In this document: positions 39,150-46,817 of the stretch, one piece after another | Numbering within the stretch: the first letter of the stretch is position 1 | Layout: every line of letters starts with the position of its first letter | NCBI GenBank assembly: GCA_026399515.1 | Contig: JAPLQT010000121.1 | Span: 54,938 to 118,937 of the forward strand | Direction: 5' to 3' | From: Pseudomonadota bacterium | GTDB lineage: Bacteria > Pseudomonadota > Gammaproteobacteria > Burkholderiales > Rhodocyclaceae | DNA: 64,000 bases | Notes under the pieces: generated by a model | What the model was told of the DNA's origin: nothing | Databases searched by the model: none | What the model saw: the letters and a program-made list of their open reading frames with translations, nothing else | Translations under genes and position numbers: made by a program

Positions 39150-39980
39150 ATGGCCACCAGACCTGTTCGCCCGATACATCCTATCCCTCCCATCCATCCC
39201 ATCCTTCCACTTTCCGTCGCGCGGAGCGATAGCTTCGTCGCGACGCTCGATCCCGGAGCCACGGCGACGGGCGACGCCATCGTCGCCCTCGCCAGCCGGC
39301 ATATCGGCGAGGCCTATGTCCTCGGCGCGCGCGCGCCGATGGCCAACGTGGATTGGAAAGGCCCCTGGGACTGTGCCGAGTTCGCTTCCTGGTGCGTGTA
39401 TCAGGCCACCGGCCTGCTCTTCGGCGTCGAACCGCGCCACGACCCGATGCGCGCCGACGCCTACACCGGTTACTGGGCGACGCAGGCGCGAGAAGCCGGC
39501 GCCATGGTCGACGTCGACAAGGCGGCCGGCATCGCCGGCGCGCTGCTGCTGCGCGAACCGCAATCGGGGCGCGTCGGCCACATCGTCATTTCCAATGGCA
39601 AGGGCGGCACTGTCGAGGCCCACAGTTCCAACGACGGCGTCATCGCCGGCATAGTGGACGGCCGCCGCTGGGACTGCGGCATCCTGGTGCCCGGCGTGCG
39701 CTATTTCGCCAGCGCGGCGCCCGTCGCCGTCAAGCCGCCGCCGGCCGGCATGCTGCGCCTGACCGACCCGATGCTGCGCGGTGAGGAGATCGGTCGGTTA
39801 CAGGATTGTCTGGCTGCGCTCGGCTTCAACCCGGGCACGCAGGACGGCGTTTATGGCCCGCAAACCGAAGCCGCTGTCGCCGCCTTCCAGGCCGCCAACG
39901 GCCTGGTCGTGGACGGCGAATACGGTGCCGGCACGCGCAAGGCGCTACGAGCCATGCCAGGCTGTCGCAACAAGCTCTGA
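39150..39980 (+). CDS. Cell-wall hydrolase: NlpC/P60- or CHAP-like cysteine peptidase domain plus C-terminal PG_binding_1 domain, with no signal peptide
   Basis: ATG preceded by GAGGAG. Putative catalytic Cys in GPWDCAEFASWCVY and His in GRVGHIVISNG..VEAHS. C-terminus GEEIGRLQDCLAALGFNPGTQDGVYGPQTEAAVAAFQAANGLVVDGEYG is the classic peptidoglycan-binding repeat. The N-terminus carries a PIHPIPPIHPILP micro-repeat and no hydrophobic leader. Confidence 0.7.
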   Translation: MATRPVRPIHPIPPIHPILPLSVARSDSFVATLDPGATATGDAIVALASRHIGEAYVLGARAPMANVDWKGPWDCAEFASWCVYQATGLLFGVEPRHDPMRADAYTGYWATQAREAGAMVDVDKAAGIAGALLLREPQSGRVGHIVISNGKGGTVEAHSSNDGVIAGIVDGRRWDCGILVPGVRYFASAAPVAVKPPPAGMLRLTDPMLRGEEIGRLQDCLAALGFNPGTQDGVYGPQTEAAVAAFQAANGLVVDGEYGAGTRKALRAMPGCRNKL

Positions 39981-40057
39981 AAAGGCTCGATCTGTGCGCC
40001 GGGCGCCGAATCGCGCCCTGAATGAATGCTTCCGCAATTGCCGAGAAAGGATAGTCC

Positions 40058-42753
40058 ATGAATTCCGCACTTGAGCCGGATAGCTTGCGCATCAAACAAG
40101 CCAGCGAAGCAGTGAACCGCTTGGTGGCTGCCGACCCGCCTCCAGGCCTCGACAGTATCCATGAGGCTGCCCTTGAGTGTTTTGAAGCCGGCGCGCCAGC
40201 GGAGGCGAGCAAGCTGCTGGCGCATTTCGCCGGCCACGGAATTCTCGCGCCGACAATCACCAAGACAGCGTGGTTCATCCGCTTCCAGTCGTGGCTGGAC
40301 GCAGCCAAAGCCGAGGACCTGCTGGCCGAAAAACCACAGTTCACGGCCGGCGATACGAAGACCATCCTGTCCTTGGCCAAGCGCCTCAGGAATGCTTCGC
40401 AGTTCGGGCTATCGCGGCGGCTCTTGGCGCGGCTTGCCGGCGAACGCGAAGACCTGCTCGCAGAGCCAGCCGCCGATGCGGAAGCACAAACGACCTTCGC
40501 CATTCTCCTCCTTGAGAAGTACACCAAAGTCATTCAGGATCTTTCACTAAGCACTTACAAGGACCTGGATCTTCACCCGGCGCGTTCGCTGGCAGAGGCC
40601 GAGCGCCTGCTGGGCAAGATCGGCCTGCGCAAAGAAACATGCGCCGACCCGGAGACACTGGGCCAGGGCGGCGCCGTCTTCAAGCGGCGCTGGGAACTGA
40701 CAGGGCGCCTGGAGCACTTGCAGCAGTCCCTCGCTTTCTACCGCCGGGGATGGGAAGCAAGGAAATCGGATAACACCCGTTGGGACGAAGATGCCTATTG
40801 CGGCGGCAACGCCGCGTTCGTCCTGGACCTGCTGGCGCAACGGATCGATGGCCTGGATGCGGACCAGGCGAGCACCTGGCGTAATGAAGCCAAGACGATC
40901 CGCGAAACCTATGTCGCAGAACTGGAGTCGCGGAAAAGCGATAGCAAGTGGTATTTTGCCAGCCTTGCCGACGGCCACTTCGCACTCGACAACTACACCC
41001 AGGCCGGGCAGTACTACGCTGCGGCAAGCCAAGCCATGGAGGGCGACTGGGAACGTAAGACCATGTTCCTCCAGGCGGTGCAGTTGGCGGGCGCCCGAGG
41101 CATTCCGCTGACCGATCCGAAAGTATTGGCCGCCATCCAGCCGATCCTTGGCGAGAGAACCGCCGCCGCGCTAGCCGGCTTCCGGCCCAAGACCGGCCTG
41201 GCGCTGTCCGGCGGCGGATTCCGCGCCGCCTTCTATCATCTCGGCGTGCTGGCGCGGCTCGCCGACATCGACGCACTGCGCCATATCGAGACGATCTCGA
41301 CGGTATCCGGCGGCAGCATCGTCGGCACCCATTATTTTCTCAAGCTCAAAGCCCTGATCGAAAAGAAGGGCGACGATGTCGCGAAAGAAGACTACCGGCA
41401 ACTGGTACGCGAACTGATCGACCAGTTTCGCGCAGGGGTGGCGACCAATTTGCGCATGCGCGCATTCGTCTCCCTGCGCGCACTGTGGCGGATGCTGTTT
41501 CGCCTCGATTACAACCGTACACTGCGGCTGGGCGAACTCTATGACAGCACTTTTTACGCCCGCATCCTGGACAAGACCGCGACGACCCTGCGCGACCTGA
41601 TCGTTTCGCCCACGGGCGCGACGCGCGCCTTCAGCCCGCGACAGGACAATTGGCTGCGCCGCGCTCAGGTGCCGATACTGCTCATCAACGCCACCAGGCC
41701 TCGTCCGCTGTGCCGGGCCTGTTCAACCCGGTTCCACTGGCTGGCCTCTATGCCGAGCGCGATGTGCAGCTCGCTGACGGCGGCGTCTATGACAACCAGG
41801 GTGTGGATACGCTGTTACAGGAAAGCTGTTCGTTGATCCTCTGTAGCGATGCCTCCGGCCAGCTCTCCGACGATACCTCTCCCTCCACTCTGTTCCTCGG
41901 CGTGCTCCAGCGTGCCAACAACATCACCATGGAACGCGACCGCATCGTCGAGTACCAGGATCTGCGTTCTCGGCTGGAGAATCGCGCGTTAGTCGGCTTG
42001 TTGTTTGTGCACCTGCGCCAGGGCCTCGACATCCGCCGCGTGCCGCCGGAATGCGACAAGCCAAACAGCCCGCCGTCAGCCATCACAAGCCCGCCACGCA
42101 CCGATTACGGGGTGGACAAGGGCATTCAGCGCCTGCTTTCGCAGATTCGTACCGACCTGGATTCCTTCTCGGAGGTGGAGGCGGATGCCTTGATGCTGAG
42201 CGGCTACCTGGCGACGGGAAAACGGATTGGGGAATGCCAGAAGACAATGCCGCCCGGCGAGCGCTGGGGCGGATTCGACACGGGCGCCCCGATAAGCGGC
42301 GACTGGCCTTTCCAGTGGACGGAGACATACATCTGCACCACGCCCGGACCACTGGGATCGCCCAACTCCGCGCGTATCGCCGACGCAATGAACCAGCTTG
42401 AAGCATCGAGCAAGATAGTCGCAAAATACTTCTTCATGAACGTCGGCTTCGCCGCCAAGGCAGCGTTGGTAGTCGCTTCGCTGGCGGAAGTTGCGCTGCT
42501 GGCCTACGCGATTTACTGGCTGGCTATGAATGCCGCCCGCTGGCTGGCGCCTGCGCTGGTCGGCTTTGCCGTGATCAGCATATTTGTGCTGGCCGCACAC
42601 GCGAAGCAACCGAAATGGTGGCCGGTGCTCCAGCGCCTGGGCGAACTCGCAGTCGCCATCGCCGTGTGGCCAATCGCTGCGGCGGGACTCTGGATTTTCA
42701 ATCGACCTTATCTGCGGCACGGCAGCCGGGAACGGTTGGAGAGTATCAAATAG
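40058..42753 (+). pseudogene. Patatin/cPLA2-like phospholipase with helical N-terminal module and C-terminal TM anchors, split by an internal out-of-frame deletion
   Basis: ORF 40058..41836 carries the oxyanion motif LSGGGFRAAFYHLGV and the nucleophile region TVSGGSIVG, then PILLINAT. ORF 41650..42753 (other frame) continues with ASSAVPGLFNPVPL and the catalytic Asp motif LADGGVYDNQG, then three to four TM helices. The total span is 2696 nt, not a multiple of 3. The segment normally between NAT and ASSxxPG is absent (junction near 41690-41705). Confidence 0.7.
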
Positions 42754-42810
42754 AGCACGGCTAGAAAATCTAATAACGTTCTTTCACTTACCCACTCGAA
42801 GGAGAAATCC

Positions 42811-43722
42811 ATGCCCGACTATCCGCTCCGACTCTTCTCTCCCAGCGACGTCATCAACCCGCCCGACGACGGTACCATTGGGAAGTGGAAGGATTTCCCG
42901 ATCCGTTTTCTCGCTCAGGGCGACTCTTGGTTCTCCATCGGCGCCGTGCCGCCGTGGGCGACCTCGAACCTGCTCCAGCAGATCGTTCTCAGCCTGGAGG
43001 CTTGCGCGATCAACTGCGCCAACCCTGGCGCCCGGTTGGCACGGATGGTCGACTGGAAGCTCGACGCCGATTTCATGCGCTTGCTGACCGGCAAGTTCGC
43101 CTACAAGTGGGACGGTATCCTGCTCTCCGGCGGCGGCAACGATCTCATAGCGGCAGCGGGCGTATTGCCCGTCAATAGCGACGGCACGCCGGTGCCGCTG
43201 GAATCGCGCCTGCTCTTGAAGCCTGACGAATGGGGTCCGGTGGAACAGCGAGCAGCTCGCTACCTCAGCGACGCCGGCTGGAATACTTTCCGCGCCCACC
43301 TCGGGCCACAGTTTGACGACGTCGTGGCTTTCCGCGACCGGGACGTCAACCGGGACGTGCCGCTGTTCTGCCATAGCTACGCCTACCCCATGCCACGCAA
43401 TGCTCCCGCTTCAGCCTTGTTTCACGTCGGCCCGTGGTTGTATCCTTCCATGGTGGCCTACAAAATTCCGCCCGCCGATTGGCTGGGCGTCGCCACGGCT
43501 TTGATTGACCGCTTGGCGGCCTTGCTCAAGGACATCGTCGCAAAGCACAACATCGCCGGCCGGCGCGTATACCTGATCGAGACCCAAGCGAAACTCACGC
43601 CGGCCCAGGCCGGTACCACAGACCGCAGCAACGACTGGGAAAATGAGATACACCCGGCGCCCGGCGGCTACCAGAAACTGGCAGACCTGTGGCGGCCGGT
43701 GATCGAGGCGCAGGTTCCGTAG
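42811..43722 (+). CDS. SGNH/GDSL-type hydrolase (lipase/esterase)
   Basis: 303-aa ORF with ATG preceded by AAGGAGA. Block I FLAQGDSWFS, block III LLSGGGNDL and block V NEIHPAPGGYQKLA (Asn where the canonical Asp of DxxH sits). No signal peptide. Confidence 0.65.
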   Translation: MPDYPLRLFSPSDVINPPDDGTIGKWKDFPIRFLAQGDSWFSIGAVPPWATSNLLQQIVLSLEACAINCANPGARLARMVDWKLDADFMRLLTGKFAYKWDGILLSGGGNDLIAAAGVLPVNSDGTPVPLESRLLLKPDEWGPVEQRAARYLSDAGWNTFRAHLGPQFDDVVAFRDRDVNRDVPLFCHSYAYPMPRNAPASALFHVGPWLYPSMVAYKIPPADWLGVATALIDRLAALLKDIVAKHNIAGRRVYLIETQAKLTPAQAGTTDRSNDWENEIHPAPGGYQKLADLWRPVIEAQVP

Positions 43723-43843
43723 CCAAGCCCGGATGGAGTATGGGTAGGCTAATCGCGGCTCGCCACCCTCAGCACGTGGGTACCTCACCATCTCGCTTGG
43801 ACTCGCTTCTTCGTATCGAACCGCATGTCTGTCATCCACCGTA

Positions 43844-43853
43844 TCGATATCGA
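43844..43853. promoter_or_regulatory. 10-bp perfect palindrome TCGATATCGA within a duplicated CGTATCGA context, upstream of the TIR operon
   Basis: It lies 71-80 nt upstream of the first possible start (43924) in a 200-nt intergenic gap. cgtatcga recurs at about 43812 and 43840. Confidence 0.3.
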
Positions 43854-43923
43854 ATAGGGAGTGGCATGTCGCGAACACAAGTGTTTTTCAGGTATGCTCA
43901 CGGGCCGCGATGGGCTCTGAATT

Positions 43924-45273
43924 TTGTCCACTAACCGACCGGTTCCACTCGTGAATCCGCTTTGTTTCATCCTCATGCCCTTCGGTCGCAAACCCACTGG
44001 CGATGGCCGGGTGGTGGACTTCGATGCGATCTATGAACACGTCATCAAGCCCGCAGTTGTTGCGGCCGGCCTGGAGCCACTGCGCGCCGACGAGGAGATC
44101 GCCGGCGGGGTGATCCACAAGGCGATGTTCGAGCGGCTGATCCTCTGCGAGTATGCCATCGCCGACCTCACTACGGCCAATGCCAATGTCTTCTACGAAT
44201 TGGGCTTGCGCCATGCGGTGCGGTCCTCGGCGACCCAGTTGATCTTCGCCGAGGGCTGGGGGCAGTTGCCGTTCGACGTGACGCTGTTGCGGGCGCTGCC
44301 CTACCGGCTGGGGCCGGACGGCACGCCGACCGATGTGGCAACCGCCAGCGCCGCCCTGGCAGGCAAGCTGCGCGCGGCGCGGCAGGCACTGCCCGACAGC
44401 CCGGTGTTCCAGATGGTCGAGGGCTTTCCGGACATCCAGCGGCTGAAGACCGATGTCTTCCGCGAGCGGGTGCGTTATGCGGAAGACATGAAGGCGCGGC
44501 TGGCGGCGGCGCGGCGAGCTGGCGTCGGTGCGGTGGCGGCGATGGAGGCGGACTTGGGCGACATCGGCCACGCCGATGCGGCGGTGGTGATCGATCTTTT
44601 TCTCTCATACCGTGCGGTGAAGGCCTGGCAGGCGATGGTTGATCTGGCCGGCCGCATGGCGCCGCCGCTGGCCGCGACAGTGATGGTGCGGGAGCAGTTG
44701 GGACTGGCGCTGAACCGGGCCGGGCGCGGCGAGGAGGCGGAAGCGGTGCTGCTGACGCTGATCGCCGAGCGCGGCGCCAGCAGCGAGACCTGCGGCATCC
44801 TCGGCCGCGTCTATAAGGATCGCTGTGAGACCGCTTCGCAACGAGGCGAAACCTCCTTGGCGCGCGGCCTGCTGGAAAAGGCTATCGGCGCCTATTTGAA
44901 AGGCTTCGAGGCCGACTGGCGCGACGCCTATCCGGGTGTGAATGCCGTTACGCTGATGGAATTGAAGGAACCGCCGGACCCACGCCAAGGCGCGCTGCTG
45001 CCGGTGGTGATCTATGCAGTGGGACGGCGCATCGCCGCCGGCCAGCCGGATTACTGGGACTATGCGTCACGTATGGAACTGGCGGTGCTGGCACGCGATC
45101 AGGCCGGTGCCGAGGAGGCACTCGCCGATGCACTCGCGCATGTGCGCGAAGCGTGGGAGCCGGAAACCACGGCGCGCAATCTGCGGCTAATCCTCGCTGC
45201 CAGAACGCAGCGGGGCGAACAAACCGAGTGGATACGCCAGATCGTGGCAACGCTGGAAAATAGGGCGCACTGA
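43924..45273 (+). CDS. DUF4071 / MAP3K-TRAF-binding-domain-like protein: N-terminal TIR/nucleoside-2-deoxyribosyltransferase-like Rossmannoid module plus helical-repeat (TPR-like) region
   Basis: 449-aa ORF. CFILMPFGRKP...VDFDAIYEHVIKPAVVAAGLEPLRADEEI..GVIHKAMFERLILCEYAIADLTTANANVFYELGLRHA matches my memory of the bacterial DUF4071 N-terminal pattern. Later ETCGILGRVYKDR...AIGAYLKGFEADWRDAYPGVNAVTL matches its helical part. The start is TTG at 43924 or GTG at 43951. Confidence 0.6.
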   Translation: MSTNRPVPLVNPLCFILMPFGRKPTGDGRVVDFDAIYEHVIKPAVVAAGLEPLRADEEIAGGVIHKAMFERLILCEYAIADLTTANANVFYELGLRHAVRSSATQLIFAEGWGQLPFDVTLLRALPYRLGPDGTPTDVATASAALAGKLRAARQALPDSPVFQMVEGFPDIQRLKTDVFRERVRYAEDMKARLAAARRAGVGAVAAMEADLGDIGHADAAVVIDLFLSYRAVKAWQAMVDLAGRMAPPLAATVMVREQLGLALNRAGRGEEAEAVLLTLIAERGASSETCGILGRVYKDRCETASQRGETSLARGLLEKAIGAYLKGFEADWRDAYPGVNAVTLMELKEPPDPRQGALLPVVIYAVGRRIAAGQPDYWDYASRMELAVLARDQAGAEEALADALAHVREAWEPETTARNLRLILAARTQRGEQTEWIRQIVATLENRAH

Positions 45274-45327
45274 GCTGCCGGGTAGCCGCATAGTGCGTGG
45301 TACTTGGAGTCGGGAGGGATATAGGTC

Positions 45328-46020
45328 ATGAAAATATTCTTGGCGTTTTCATTCCGCGACGAGGACAAGCTTTTGGCAAGCCAAGTAGAGAGACTGCTGG
45401 CCAGCCAGTTCGTCCAGTTGCAAACCGGTGAGCAACTCGGCGGCGCGCTACTTACCGACGCGGTTAAAAAGCGGATCGAGGACAGTGACGCCCTGATTGC
45501 CTTGTTGACTCGGCGGGAACAACTTGCGGCAGGTGGCTGGACAACCCACCCGTGGGTGCAGGATGAATTGACCTGCGCACGCACCAAGGGCAAGCTCGCC
45601 ATCGCCCTCGTCGAGGAAGGCGTTGACGCCGCAGGCATGTTCGCGCCCCATGAACATATTCCGCTGAGCCGGACCAACCCTGTGGAAGCGCTACTGCGTC
45701 TTGCGGAAACCGTGGCGGAGTGGAATGGCGACCGGGGTCGAATGATCAAGGTTCGACTCACCCCGGAAGACATTGCCGAGAAGCTTGGACAAGATAGCGT
45801 CCCTTGTCGTCACCGCTTTGTGAAACAGGGCAAGCCGACTTCATGGCGCGAGGCAATGCCTTTCACCGAACCAGGCGGAACCTTCGTCTGGGTGGACGGC
45901 ATTCAGGATGAACACCTTATCCAGGTTAAGGCTGATCAATCCGGGCAGACTTGGCAATCGTTCGTCACCCCCCAATGGGTGCAAGTGCAGTTGAAGAAAA
46001 CGGGAGGTATCGTCCCATGA
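45328..46020 (+). CDS. TIR-like domain protein with about 95-aa unassigned beta-rich C-terminal domain
   Basis: 230-aa ORF. MKIFLAFSFRDEDKLLASQVERLL...SDALIALLT...HPWVQDELTCARTKGKLAIALV follows the bacterial TIR_2 pattern (beta-A FxSxxxxD, then W-x-x-x-E). GGGAGGG RBS. The stop overlaps the next start. Confidence 0.6.
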   Translation: MKIFLAFSFRDEDKLLASQVERLLASQFVQLQTGEQLGGALLTDAVKKRIEDSDALIALLTRREQLAAGGWTTHPWVQDELTCARTKGKLAIALVEEGVDAAGMFAPHEHIPLSRTNPVEALLRLAETVAEWNGDRGRMIKVRLTPEDIAEKLGQDSVPCRHRFVKQGKPTSWREAMPFTEPGGTFVWVDGIQDEHLIQVKADQSGQTWQSFVTPQWVQVQLKKTGGIVP

Positions 46021-46817
46021 GCATTCGAATCGAGCAGAACAGCAGCTACACGGGTAACCAGCGGTGGGATTGGGAGGTGTGGCTTGCCGGTCCGATAGAC
46101 GAGCTGGACCAGATCGAGCATGTGACTTATACGCTGCATCCGACATTCAGCGAGCCAGTGCGGGAAATAAGCTCCCGCGAGAATGGCTTCCGCCTGAAAT
46201 CCGATGGCTGGGGCGAGTTCACCCTGTACATCGACATCGCCCGCAAGGATGGTGGTCATGAGGAACTGAGCCATGAGTTGAAATTGGCCCCTCAGCCGAA
46301 AGATCCTCCCGCAATACTCGGATTCGAGGTGGACATGGATCATTTGCTTGTCATGGGAGATGACCTTCTAAGGGACGCAGCGCCGGTAATCAAGCGAGCA
46401 GGAAAGGCAATGATCGACGTGGCCGTCGCGAAGATCGCTGAACACCTGCCCACCACGACGGTTTTTGTTTCAGGCGGAGTTGCCGACGCCGATGCGGTCA
46501 GCCGCCTGAAAACATCCCTTGGCCATCTGAAAGTGAATATCCTCAGCGACGACGAGGTTCCTGCCGGCGTTCCATACCAGGCGCACATCGCCAACCTGAT
46601 CGGCCAGGCGGATGTTGCGACCTTCCTCGTTTCCGGACGCCCCAGTCGCTGGATGACCCAGGAGATCGAAGTTGCCCAACGCCACGGAAAGCGCATCGTG
46701 CCCGTGTTGGTAGGCAAAGACAGCGTGTTGCCGGAAGCATTGCGGGGCATGGCAAGTGTCCGCATCGAAAATCTGGACAGCGTTGCCGAGTTGACGAAAA
46801 ATATATTGGGCAAGTGA
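46017..46817 (+). CDS. Prokaryotic YEATS (pYEATS)-like domain fused to a C-terminal TIR-like domain
   Basis: I placed the start at the ATG giving MSIRIEQNSSY (ATGA overlap with the upstream stop). YTGNQRWDWEVWLAGPIDELDQIEHVTYTLHPTFSEPVREI...GFRLKSDGWGEFTLYIDI matches my memory of the pYEATS family. The C-terminus VFVSGGVADADAVSRLKTSL...ADVATFLVSGRPSRWMTQEIEVAQRHGKRIVPVLV is TIR_2-like. Confidence 0.65.
   Translation: MSIRIEQNSSYTGNQRWDWEVWLAGPIDELDQIEHVTYTLHPTFSEPVREISSRENGFRLKSDGWGEFTLYIDIARKDGGHEELSHELKLAPQPKDPPAILGFEVDMDHLLVMGDDLLRDAAPVIKRAGKAMIDVAVAKIAEHLPTTTVFVSGGVADADAVSRLKTSLGHLKVNILSDDEVPAGVPYQAHIANLIGQADVATFLVSGRPSRWMTQEIEVAQRHGKRIVPVLVGKDSVLPEALRGMASVRIENLDSVAELTKNILGK

Noticed and set aside
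41640-41760. Programmed ribosomal frameshifting in the patatin-like gene.
   Set aside because: There is no slippery heptamer or downstream pseudoknot-like structure. A conserved protein segment is physically missing, which points to a deletion.
37261-46817. Classifying the block as canonical Thoeris, CBASS or a T6SS effector-immunity cluster.
   Set aside because: - There is no ThsA-type SIR2/Macro-SLOG gene.
- There is no CD-NTase or other cyclase.
- There are no VgrG, PAAR or Hcp genes and no Rhs/MIX/PAAR-type delivery domains in the window.
- Only individual domains (TIR, patatin, amidase) overlap with those systems.
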